Shown: piece by piece, positions 1 through 8,564 of the stretch
How positions within the stretch are numbered: position 1 is the first letter of the stretch
Layout of the letters: each line of letters opens with the position of its first letter
Origin: a virus
Lineage: Duplodnaviria; Heunggongvirae; Uroviricota; Caudoviricetes
Length of the DNA: 62,539 nucleotides
Reading direction: 5' to 3' (one strand)
Virus record (IMG/VR): IMGVR_UViG_3300032167_000057
Span: 68,886-131,424 of that record
Notes under the pieces: model-generated
What the model saw: only the letters and a program-made list of their open reading frames with translations
Told to the model about the DNA's origin: nothing
The model's database searches: none
Translations under genes and position numbers: made by a program

Positions 1-275
1 TCTTTGAAATAAATATTTTGAATATCTTCCCCAATAACCTCCCTTAATATATCAGGACATTCTCTGTCGTTAAACTCATATTCTGAGAACCTATCTACAT
101 GGCAATCATCAACGGTTACAATTTCACCACAATGCTTGAGCATATCCGTATTCATAGTAAAAGGTATATTATAATACCCTGCGCTTTCATTAGGTTCTCC
201 ATAAATACAAGTTAATTCTTTCAAAGTTTTAATTCTAACTTTGTCACCAACTTTGAGCGGACGACACATTAACAT
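1..275 (-). CDS. hypothetical protein, partial (runs off window); paralog of 269..670
   Basis: Not in ORF track. ATG at 275 after SD GAGGAGG; frame open to base 1: MLMCRPLKVGDKVRIKTLKELTCIYGEPNESAGYYNIPFTMNTDMLKHCGEIVTV. Confidence 0.7.
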   Translation of the reverse strand, partial: MLMCRPLKVGDKVRIKTLKELTCIYGEPNESAGYYNIPFTMNTDMLKHCGEIVTVDDCHVDRFSEYEFNDRECPDILREVIGEDIQNIYFK

Positions 276-670
276 AATTTATTCCTCCTCATTTGTAATG
301 CTGGGTCGTCAATGATATCTTCTAACATTAGTAAATTCCACTCCCAACTTGCTTCTCTTAAACTAATGCTATATATATGTTGATTTAGTATTGCATTTTG
401 AATCTCGGGTCTCACCTTCTTAGAAAAAGAATAATTGGTTAACACATAATCGCTACATGCTTCTATTGTGACTTCTTGACCGCATAACGCCAACATATAT
501 CTATTCATGACAAAAGGAACACCACCTAACACACCAGACTCATCTACCGCACCATAAAGACTTTCCAATTCTTTTTTGGATTTAACGCGATATTTTTTCC
601 CTACAAAGGGAGCAGAAGCTATTAACATAGTAATCTTATCCTTTCTTTTGTTTTCGATATAGTAAAGCAT
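269..670 (-). CDS. hypothetical phage protein (likely start 628)
   Basis: ORF track; SD-like AAAGGA before ATG 628; stop overlaps next start. Confidence 0.7.
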   Translation of the reverse strand: MLYYIENKRKDKITMLIASAPFVGKKYRVKSKKELESLYGAVDESGVLGGVPFVMNRYMLALCGQEVTIEACSDYVLTNYSFSKKVRPEIQNAILNQHIYSISLREASWEWNLLMLEDIIDDPALQMRRNKLC

Positions 671-962
671 TAGGAATCGGAATCGTCAGTGTAATTATAT
701 AATCGCCATTTGTTATGCTAGACAACATCTGGTGTTCGCTTATCTCGGTTACTAAGATACCCATATCATTAAATATTTCGTATCTTTCACCCCATATATC
801 ATGTATTAATTTTGCATGATATATTTTATTTACTAGAGACCTAGAAACCTGAAAATTAAATTCTTTTGGTAAATCTTTTATATCCATGTTATTTATATCC
901 TCGACAAAGCAGAGATTTCGGTATGTTGTTATTGATAATTTTATAATTTCCGTCTCGTACAC
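636..962 (-). CDS. hypothetical protein
   Basis: ORF track; co-oriented in tight operon. Confidence 0.55.
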   Translation of the reverse strand: MYETEIIKLSITTYRNLCFVEDINNMDIKDLPKEFNFQVSRSLVNKIYHAKLIHDIWGERYEIFNDMGILVTEISEHQMLSSITNGDYIITLTIPIPNALLYRKQKKG

Positions 963-1695
963 TCTCCAGAAAATCTGTTTTCTTTATATTTGTTATATAA
1001 ATTCCGTCACAATCAATTCTATATGTATTTTCTTCATCATAAGCATCATAAGTGCTTGAATTAGAAAAATAAGTTAATGTAAATTGAAATCGTTTCGGTA
1101 ATCTAATTTCTATTGCCATCTGTGTATTCTCCTCATCTTCTCTTCTGCTATCATAACCACATGAACAAAATTCATAACATATTCCGTCTTTATAAACTCC
1201 ATGATTATAGTAAGTTAATTCCCTTCCGCAGCACGGACAAGTTTTACATGGTGCGTGTGTTATGCGGATTTTAGAATGTTTGCGTTTCGGCTTTAAAGAA
1301 ATAAACATCTTCAATATCAATATTATAAACATAGCCACGCACATGATTGGTCGCCAGATAAATGACAGTAATGTACTAATAACACAAGCAAAAAACATGA
1401 GTATTGTTTCGCTTGCTGTTATATTATCATCACTTAATATATGTTTTAATGCAGTAATATCTGCTGTAAAAAAAGCAATACTACATTTTTTTGTAATCTC
1501 GTCCACCATTTCTTTAGGTAGTCCAATAACAGTACGCCTCTCTATTGGGTATAGTATTTTGATTTCACTTAACTTTGCAGCATACTCTTTTTCATCATCT
1601 GTTTTTATGACACAAATTCCTGCTCCATAGAACATACCAATTACTTCACCGCTTTTTCCTTTGTTTTCTCCTGATATAATCATTGCTCTTTCCAT
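889..1695 (-). CDS. hypothetical protein with hydrophobic segment and CxxC-PCC...CxxC cluster
   Basis: SD AAGGAGG; central hydrophobic stretch; Cys motifs. Confidence 0.65.
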   Translation of the reverse strand: MERAMIISGENKGKSGEVIGMFYGAGICVIKTDDEKEYAAKLSEIKILYPIERRTVIGLPKEMVDEITKKCSIAFFTADITALKHILSDDNITASETILMFFACVISTLLSFIWRPIMCVAMFIILILKMFISLKPKRKHSKIRITHAPCKTCPCCGRELTYYNHGVYKDGICYEFCSCGYDSRREDEENTQMAIEIRLPKRFQFTLTYFSNSSTYDAYDEENTYRIDCDGIYITNIKKTDFLESVRDGNYKIINNNIPKSLLCRGYK

Positions 1696-1734
1696 GTTTG
1701 TGTTCCTCCTTTTTTATCTTCACCTTTAAGGTAA

Positions 1735-1807
1735 TGACTCGACTTGGATTCGAACCAAGGTTTTCCGTTGGAGAAACGGATGTCTTAAACCACTTGACTA
1801 TCGAGCC
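1735..1807 (-). tRNA. tRNA-Glu (anticodon CTC), no encoded CCA
   Basis: Minus strand folds as a cloverleaf: acceptor GGCTCGA/TCGAGTC, D-arm GTC..GAC, anticodon arm TCCGT-TTCTCCA-ACGGA, T-arm CTTGG-TTCGAAT-CCAAG. Confidence 0.93.
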
Positions 1808-1859
1808 AGAGCCTACTCAGGTTGTTCATTCCCTTTCGGCTGTCGTTGAGGTAAATATA

Positions 1860-1973
1860 CTATGGCATAACACCGTGGTAAGCCTCTTCGTATTCAGTTT
1901 CGCTTACGAATTCACAATAACCGACGTTTGGGATATACCCCATATATCCATAAGATAAGTAATAACCTTTCAT
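1860..1973 (-). CDS. small hypothetical protein, 37 aa (MKGYYLSYGYMGYIPNVGYCEFVSETEYEEAYHGVMP)
   Basis: SD AGAAAGGA just upstream of ATG 1973; fills gap in operon; below ORF-track cutoff. Confidence 0.65.
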   Translation of the reverse strand: MKGYYLSYGYMGYIPNVGYCEFVSETEYEEAYHGVMP

Positions 1974-1984
1974 ATGTTTCCTTT

Positions 1985-2245
1985 CTAGACAATCCAGCCT
2001 CTTGTAGGATAATCTAATTCTTCTAATTGTATATCTCTTGATTCCTCAACATCTCTTATCGCGGAAATTAAGGTAGAGGCAAAATCATAGTTGGTCGTAT
2101 AATAAAGCGATGGCTTGACGAACTCATCATTATACGTTTGTCTTTGTCGTTCCCTTTCTTTTTGCTTGCGCGTCTGAAATTTTGGGTCTGGTATAGACGG
2201 TTTAGAAAATATAGAATAAGGGATTTTATAATTAAACCAATTCAT
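1985..2245 (-). CDS. hypothetical protein
   Basis: ORF track; SD GAGGTG; start abuts upstream stop. Confidence 0.6.
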   Translation of the reverse strand: MNWFNYKIPYSIFSKPSIPDPKFQTRKQKERERQRQTYNDEFVKPSLYYTTNYDFASTLISAIRDVEESRDIQLEELDYPTRGWIV

Positions 2246-2667
2246 TATTTCACCTCTTCTTCCTTATCTTTACGGTAACAAAAAAGTGGATTAGCATACA
2301 TTTCTATGTATCTATCCACTACATCTATTACCTCTTGTGTTGGTAAACAATATTCTATATGAGACGAAGAAGGCTTAAACAATATTTGTAAACTAAGACG
2401 TTTATGAGTTCTGTTATATACCAAATACCACCCGCCTAATTCCCTTGCTTCAGCAAGACGAGTTATTAATAAAGATGAATCAATTGTAATACAATCCATT
2501 TCTTGCAATCGCATAAACATTTCATATATCTGTTTCTTTTCCTTTTTAGTTTTAGGTAGCAAAGCTATGAAATTGTTGTAGAATGGATAAATGCAATGTT
2601 CAACAGTTAATGCATATAATGCATCTGCCACCGCCATATGAAAGCCATTATATTTATGTTTTTGCAT
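2245..2667 (-). CDS. hypothetical protein
   Basis: ORF track; SD GGAGGG. Confidence 0.65.
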   Translation of the reverse strand: MQKHKYNGFHMAVADALYALTVEHCIYPFYNNFIALLPKTKKEKKQIYEMFMRLQEMDCITIDSSLLITRLAEARELGGWYLVYNRTHKRLSLQILFKPSSSHIEYCLPTQEVIDVVDRYIEMYANPLFCYRKDKEEEVK

Positions 2668-2871
2668 TTAATTTCCCTCCTATTTTTCTCCGAATATTAA
2701 GATAAATAAGAGCAAAGCCACACCTACATATATAGTCATCATGTTACATTCTCCTTTCCATGTTATCTTTTGCGTATTCTAAATCGAGCATAATTGTGGC
2801 GATTTCCATTGCGTCATTTTCATTTGGTTTTCTGCCATATACATGCTCAAATAAAAGTTCTGCTATGTGTT

Positions 2872-3324
2872 TCAAATTTGCGTTTCCTTTCCGTTTCCGT
2901 TTTTATAAACTCTGCATATTAATTGTGGCTGATTATATTTGTTTATGCATTGACGCATAATATTGTATATGCCGTTTCTTATAGCTGGAAAGTTTTTATA
3001 TAGGAAATCACGTTGTTCCTTGTAGATTTGTATGGATAAATAATCTAATCTTCCATTAAATTCCCAGATAAATGTACTGTCTGAATTTGCCTTGACTTCA
3101 TCTAAAGAATATAAGAAAGGCAAAACAATGATTCTTATGTCTATTCCTATATTACCCAGTTGTTCTAGTAGTTCAATTAATACGTTCCGTTCTTCCACAG
3201 TGTGAGGTTTTAAATTAATCGAAGCGAAATTTAAACCTCTTCTTCCGTTTAAACATAAGTATTCGGACAGTTGCTGTATTAATTCTTTCGTTCTATTCAT
3301 TCCACGCTCCGTTATAATGAACAT
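2872..3324 (-). CDS. hypothetical protein
   Basis: ORF track; operon context. Confidence 0.6.
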   Translation of the reverse strand: MFIITERGMNRTKELIQQLSEYLCLNGRRGLNFASINLKPHTVEERNVLIELLEQLGNIGIDIRIIVLPFLYSLDEVKANSDSTFIWEFNGRLDYLSIQIYKEQRDFLYKNFPAIRNGIYNIMRQCINKYNQPQLICRVYKNGNGKETQI

Positions 3325-3838
3325 TAATCACACAGTCATCCATTACATTAAAGTCTCTATTTTTATCCATAATCATGGAAACTTCTTCGCCTAAATGCCA
3401 GTCGTTTCCCTCAAAAGTCCAGTCATTACCAGCATAATCTGTTACGGTAACGGTTTCCTTTGTGTGGTTGATTTCCGTTATAATTCCATTTAAGGCATAT
3501 AATTCCGTTTGGGCTTTGCCTTCAAATTCTTCTATAATATATGGTTTTCCCTTTGAGGAATCCCAGATAACCATTACTTCCGTTCCATCAGTAAATTCTG
3601 GTGGGTCAAATTCCGTTAGGTCTAAGAATCCATCTTTCACAGTTGGTGTGATTATACCTACTGCTGCTGTGGTTTCATGCCAAGTACCATGATACGAATA
3701 CATCCCGTTTACATTTCCGTTACGGACTTCCGTTTCAAAGTCAGCACATCCACAAAATGCGAATGCGAATACAATAAAAATACCTGCTAATATGTAAAAT
3801 AATATTTCTGGCGGTGTTGGTGTTGCGTGTCTTGTCAT
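3293..3838 (-). CDS. membrane-anchored or secreted hypothetical protein
   Basis: N-terminal hydrophobic helix ILFYILAGIFIVFAFAFCGC followed by acidic soluble domain. Confidence 0.65.
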   Translation of the reverse strand: MTRHATPTPPEILFYILAGIFIVFAFAFCGCADFETEVRNGNVNGMYSYHGTWHETTAAVGIITPTVKDGFLDLTEFDPPEFTDGTEVMVIWDSSKGKPYIIEEFEGKAQTELYALNGIITEINHTKETVTVTDYAGNDWTFEGNDWHLGEEVSMIMDKNRDFNVMDDCVINVHYNGAWNE

Positions 3839-3842
3839 AGTT

Positions 3843-4013
3843 TTATCCCCCGATTTTGTCTTTTAATATGATTCTTACTTGTTGAATAGTTATATCTATT
3901 CGGCAACCCTTACAGTTGCGGTTACATCTAAAACAGCATTTTGCTTCTGTGACTTCCAATTCTTGTATATTGGTACACGACAAAATGCGGTCAACTTTCT
4001 GGTCGTATGTCAT
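3843..4013 (-). CDS. small Cys-rich hypothetical protein, 56 aa
   Basis: SD AAGGGGG before ATG 4013; CCFRCNRNCKGC motif; not in ORF track. Confidence 0.55.
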   Translation of the reverse strand: MTYDQKVDRILSCTNIQELEVTEAKCCFRCNRNCKGCRIDITIQQVRIILKDKIGG

Positions 4014-4184
4014 GTTAACCCCCCTTTAGTACATACTTAAAAAAGCGTTGACCACGAATTAACATTCTGGCGGTTCTACAAATTAACCGTTTTAGTGCAA
4101 ATTCCAATCTACGCTTATGCATAATATACATATTAAATTGCATAGTTATACTGTACCTCTCATTTTGATAGTTTTTATACCCAC

Positions 4185-4220
4185 AAAAAAAGCACCTATC
4201 ATTTCGATAGATGCTCTTTT
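4185..4220 (-). terminator. intrinsic terminator
   Basis: Minus strand AGCATCTATC-gaaat-GATAGGTGCT followed by T-run, just after stop of 4236..4847. Confidence 0.7.
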
Positions 4221-4235
4221 GCATAGATATAAATT

Positions 4236-4847
4236 CTATGCTTTATATGTTTTAATCTGTCCGTCTGGATAGATAGATATAACCGTTTTACTGGATGGGT
4301 AGCGTTTACCCCTATGCGGTAAAATAGGTTTTTTAGGCTGAACGAGTGACGGTTTTTGACAATCCCATTTTTCACGTTCTGCACGTCTGCGCTCTTTACG
4401 GTCAGACGTTTTAACGGCGTGACAATCTGAATATGTAAGGTTATTTTGTGCCAAATAATCGTTGATTTTTTTCGTAGTTGCATTATCTTCTACGTGTCTT
4501 TCCCATTCCAAAGTGAGCGCATTGCGACGGTATAAAACCAATGCGTCTGGATTTTTTTCGTCGTAGTAGCGAATGTGCGTATAGACATAATTACCCTGTG
4601 CGTCATGTCCATAAACGGCATTTAACGGTAAGTGAAACTCATGGAAAATAAACCCGTGCGTTTTTGCGTGGTTTATCGACTTACGACATTTTGCCAGAAA
4701 ATAGCGTGGTTTTGTTTTGGTGGGTTTTGCAGTTTCGTAGAATGTCAGTGTGCCAGTTTTATGCATGGCGTTTTTGGAGTCTGAATTTTTATTCATATTA
4801 TGTACCTCATAATTTTTTGCAATCAAAAAAAGACCTGAATAGGTCAT
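4236..4847 (-). CDS. basic hypothetical protein
   Basis: ORF track; bounded by terminators; GC-richer than neighbours. Confidence 0.6.
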   Translation of the reverse strand: MTYSGLFLIAKNYEVHNMNKNSDSKNAMHKTGTLTFYETAKPTKTKPRYFLAKCRKSINHAKTHGFIFHEFHLPLNAVYGHDAQGNYVYTHIRYYDEKNPDALVLYRRNALTLEWERHVEDNATTKKINDYLAQNNLTYSDCHAVKTSDRKERRRAEREKWDCQKPSLVQPKKPILPHRGKRYPSSKTVISIYPDGQIKTYKA

Positions 4848-4864
4848 GAATTTTTAAACATGAG

Positions 4865-4889
4865 AAAAAAGGGCTAAACGCCCTTTTTT
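4865..4889. terminator. intrinsic terminator, potentially bidirectional
   Basis: A6-GGGC-taaac-GCCC-T6. Confidence 0.7.
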
Positions 4890-4905
4890 CCTGAATATGT
4901 ACTAA

Positions 4906-5736
4906 TTATTTTGATTCTTTCGCAAGTGTGCCAGTACGTGCCTTGTCTGCTTCGGCAACTTTTAACGCCTTGTCATGTTCTAAAATACAGCCGTAAAGGT
5001 AAAGACCGAGAATCTTGCAAAACTTGTCCAGTTTGATTGTGTCAAGCGTCAAGCCTGAAGTAGAACCAATAGAAAAACCTTTTACCATGATTGACTGGAA
5101 AGCAGTTGCTACTGACATTTTACAATCTTTCAACTCTTCCAGTTCATACTCATCAAAATCTTTGGATTGTTTCACGCTGATATTATCTACTGGCAACACT
5201 TTGCAAGTGCTAAAATATGGGTTTTCCGGCAAGGTTGACACTAATTTATGCAATGCTACTTTGAGACTATCCTTTAATGACTTATCAGTACCTTTAATGA
5301 GTGCCACTCTAATAATTCTAGGTTGAATTTCCAGCAATTCTAAGTCACGCTGAGTAGTCTTTTTTGCCATCATGCGGATGATTGCTTGCACTTTATCATC
5401 CAGACTGTTAAAAATGGCAATGTTTTCGGAGTAAACCGCATAATCGGCAGACTCTTTTAATTCGTCACGCTTCACCTGATATTTGGCAAGTTTTTCGGTG
5501 TTTTCTGGTGTTGGGTTGTTGTTGTCCACATCTTCACAAGTAGCAATCTTTGCGTCAAGTGACGCAAGTTTGAATTTCACATTACAAGTGGTAACAAGTG
5601 TTTTAACCGCTTTATCGTCCCGAATAAACATTGACTCGGTAGCGGTTGCGGTTGTAGCCTTTGCTACTGGTTTTACCTTAGCGGTAGCCTTTGCGGTTGT
5701 TGTAGTTGCGGTTGTGGTTGTTGTTGTTTTACTCAT
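4906..5736 (-). CDS. hypothetical protein with Thr/Ala/Lys-rich N-terminus
   Basis: SD GAGGT; MSKTTTTTTATTTTAKATAKVKPVAK. Confidence 0.8.
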   Translation of the reverse strand: MSKTTTTTTATTTTAKATAKVKPVAKATTATATESMFIRDDKAVKTLVTTCNVKFKLASLDAKIATCEDVDNNNPTPENTEKLAKYQVKRDELKESADYAVYSENIAIFNSLDDKVQAIIRMMAKKTTQRDLELLEIQPRIIRVALIKGTDKSLKDSLKVALHKLVSTLPENPYFSTCKVLPVDNISVKQSKDFDEYELEELKDCKMSVATAFQSIMVKGFSIGSTSGLTLDTIKLDKFCKILGLYLYGCILEHDKALKVAEADKARTGTLAKESK

Positions 5737-6108
5737 AGTAATTACCTCATTCTTTCCGCCCTGATAGGGCTATGCTTGTTAGTAGTAAAGTCACACGACA
5801 GTGTGTCATGTGACTAGCACTACACGCAAGCGTGCGTGTGTGTGAGTCTATAACAACCTGATGAAAAAATCAGATACAACTTGATATCAACTAAAAAGTA
5901 ACGCCGACTATTCAAACCATGTTCGGGCTGAATGTCTGACGTGGTATGCGGTAGCACTACATCACGAGAAAAGCGAAAGAAAGTAAAACTTTCTAGTAAA
6001 GGGAAACCCTGAGGCTTGTCGGGTGTGTGTGTACGGTTGTCAATGTACTAATGAAAAATAACTAAAACCTAAACGGTCACAGATACGATATGGTCTGTGC
6101 CTGTGCTT

Positions 6109-6137
6109 AGTATATCAACTACTAAACTATAACGCAA
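6109..6137 (-). promoter_or_regulatory. sigmaA-type promoter for leftward genes
   Basis: Minus strand TTGCGT-17 nt-TATACT. Confidence 0.6.
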
Positions 6138-6923
6138 CAACTATTTTAAAATATTTTCAAAAAAATAATCAAAAAAGCCCGCAAACCCGCATAAATACGG
6201 GGTTTTTCGGACTTCAAAAAATTGAAAAAAAATCAAAAAACCTTCAAAAAAACCTTGTTATTCCCCTATAATTACATAATTACGGGGGTATTAATTATTA
6301 AAAATTTCCAATCAAATTCAATATTTATGTTGGGGGATAAATCTACACACGCACCAAAAATTTCCGTTCCTCTCACCACTTCCCCTAACATTCTCTCCTC
6401 TTCCTATCCATCCCAAAAATCCATCGACCTTAAAAATCACCACTCTCTCCTCTCCTTAATAATCCTTCCACTCTCCCACCATTCCCCAAAACATCTTCCA
6501 CCTAATTTTTTTCACCCACTCTTTATCCCCATTACCCCTGTTATTCAGTCAAATCCTCCAAAACGCTCACAAAAACATTGAACATTTCATTTCAAAATCT
6601 GTATAATGTATTAGGATGATAAAAATAGGGTAAAAATATATACCCCATCACAAATAAAAAATTACATCAAAATCGTCCAAATCCTTATAAATACTGGCTT
6701 TCAAGCCTGTCTAAAATATTTTCTTATCTTAAATCGCGTTGTACGAGGTAAAAATCGAATTAGGAATATTTAATGAGGAATTTATCAACAAACGGTTTAA
6801 AATCGTTTTTGACCCTCATTTTCTCGTCTAGAGTCCCAAAAACTCCCCCTAAAAATAATTTGTATCCTCATATAATATTTAAATAGGAAAACCAGAAAGA
6901 AAAATTTACAGAAAGGAGGTTAC

Positions 6924-8189
6924 ATGCCCAAGCTAAAAAACAAGCTAACAGATGAACAATTACAGTCTGTATTAACAAAACTAAAGCAATTACCCACGGG
7001 GTATATTTTTGATAATTATAAAGAAATGGCCTCATATTTAGATTTACCTGTATTAAAAGACTCATCAAAAGATTGTCAGTTAAAACAAATATGCAGGTGT
7101 TGTTCTTTAGGTAAAGAGGGAAAAAAGATTTATTATAAAATTTTAGATGTGTATGATGAATTAATTTCACCTTATGACCCTAGAATCGGAATTATAGATT
7201 TATCTAAACAAGACATCAGTTCTACCGAACCAGTTCTTATCAATTCAAATATCAAACCTTATAGTAAAAAAGATTCTTACTACACCCCTGTAGAAAAATA
7301 TCCAGAATTTGAAACTATGCTGCTTTATGATTTACAACAGGAATTAAAAAATAATGGTAAAGCGGAAATTAATTTAACTGAAGTACAAGCATATATAAAA
7401 TATGGGCTTGCTAATGATAACTATTATAATAAAGCAAATGCTCATATAGATGAAATAATTGGTATTACTGATGTAAGACACCATTATGCTTTTACGGATA
7501 GAATTTATTCTTTATTGCATAATTATTTGACTCGTAGTATTCAACATTTTCAAAAACGAGGATATATAGACATAATAGATGACATCTGGAAAATTAAAAC
7601 AGAACATGGACATTATGAAATTGCTTCAGATGAAGAACAAATATTTTTTCAGTTATTATTTCAAAAAATGTTAGAAAAGGCTCAAAAAAAAGACGGTGTA
7701 TTCGTATTAACCAATTATAAACAACGCAATGCATTATATCGTAAATTTAAAAGTCAAGTAAAAGAATATGGTTATCAAAATATTATTTTAAGTATGACTT
7801 TAGTTAGTATTAATAATGATTGGTTAAATAAACGAATAATTACCGAAGAAGAATTCCTTACAGCCAAAAATAGAGTAAATGAAATTATATTAAAGAAAAT
7901 AGATGATAATGCCCGTAGCCAATTAATCAATTATCAAAACAAGTTAGAACAATTATTAACAGAACAACCTGAATTAAGAATTAATAATGCATATCGTGAA
8001 GTTCAAGATGGTTTTTATTTCTATTCATATGGATATGCTAAAGAAAATGATTATTTAATTAATCAACAGATTTTAGCAAATCATTATATTCATATTTCAA
8101 CTCCATATATACCCAAAACCCAATTAATTAAATTAAGTATTGATAACGGTAAAAAGTATCATAAGAATGAAAATAACACTAACACGTAG
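6924..8189 (+). CDS. hypothetical protein, 421 aa, upstream of phage RNAP
   Basis: SD AAAGGAGG; long ORF; no motif I can name. Confidence 0.85.
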   Translation: MPKLKNKLTDEQLQSVLTKLKQLPTGYIFDNYKEMASYLDLPVLKDSSKDCQLKQICRCCSLGKEGKKIYYKILDVYDELISPYDPRIGIIDLSKQDISSTEPVLINSNIKPYSKKDSYYTPVEKYPEFETMLLYDLQQELKNNGKAEINLTEVQAYIKYGLANDNYYNKANAHIDEIIGITDVRHHYAFTDRIYSLLHNYLTRSIQHFQKRGYIDIIDDIWKIKTEHGHYEIASDEEQIFFQLLFQKMLEKAQKKDGVFVLTNYKQRNALYRKFKSQVKEYGYQNIILSMTLVSINNDWLNKRIITEEEFLTAKNRVNEIILKKIDDNARSQLINYQNKLEQLLTEQPELRINNAYREVQDGFYFYSYGYAKENDYLINQQILANHYIHISTPYIPKTQLIKLSIDNGKKYHKNENNTNT

Positions 8190-8564
8190 AAGTTATGATT
8201 TACGTATAGAACCATAAAAAAATAATAAAAACGATTAGAGGTAGAAAATATATAAAAGACCTACCCAACTCTTATTTCGAGATGTGGGTTAGTAGCTCGC
8301 CCTAATCCGAAAAGCTCCGCGTTTCGTATAAGGGCTCGCAGTGGTTTCCTTTTCGGTTCTTAGCAAATTGTTCGCTTCGCTCCAATTTGTAAGAGCCCTC
8401 AAAGATAAACAAAATAAAATTTATTTGTAAAAATATTTTTTATAACTACTTGATTAAGTCATTACAGTTAAGTCACCAGACTTAACCTGTAGCTCTGCTA
8501 CGACTACGCTTCACTAAAATTTAAAGATATTTAATATCTAAAAAACCAAAACAGAAAAAAAGGA

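Noticed and set aside
1683-1958. Plus-strand 91-aa ORF
   Set aside because: Antisense shadow of the tRNA and the 37-aa gene
5858-5873. CTGATGA hammerhead-like core
   Set aside because: It is the 5' arm of a simple CTGAT/ATCAG hairpin; no stem II plus GAAA arrangement
6222-7170. ORFs 6222..6581 (+) and 6868..7170 (-)
   Set aside because: The first is a translation of the low-complexity C-rich tract without an SD; the second is antisense to a real gene
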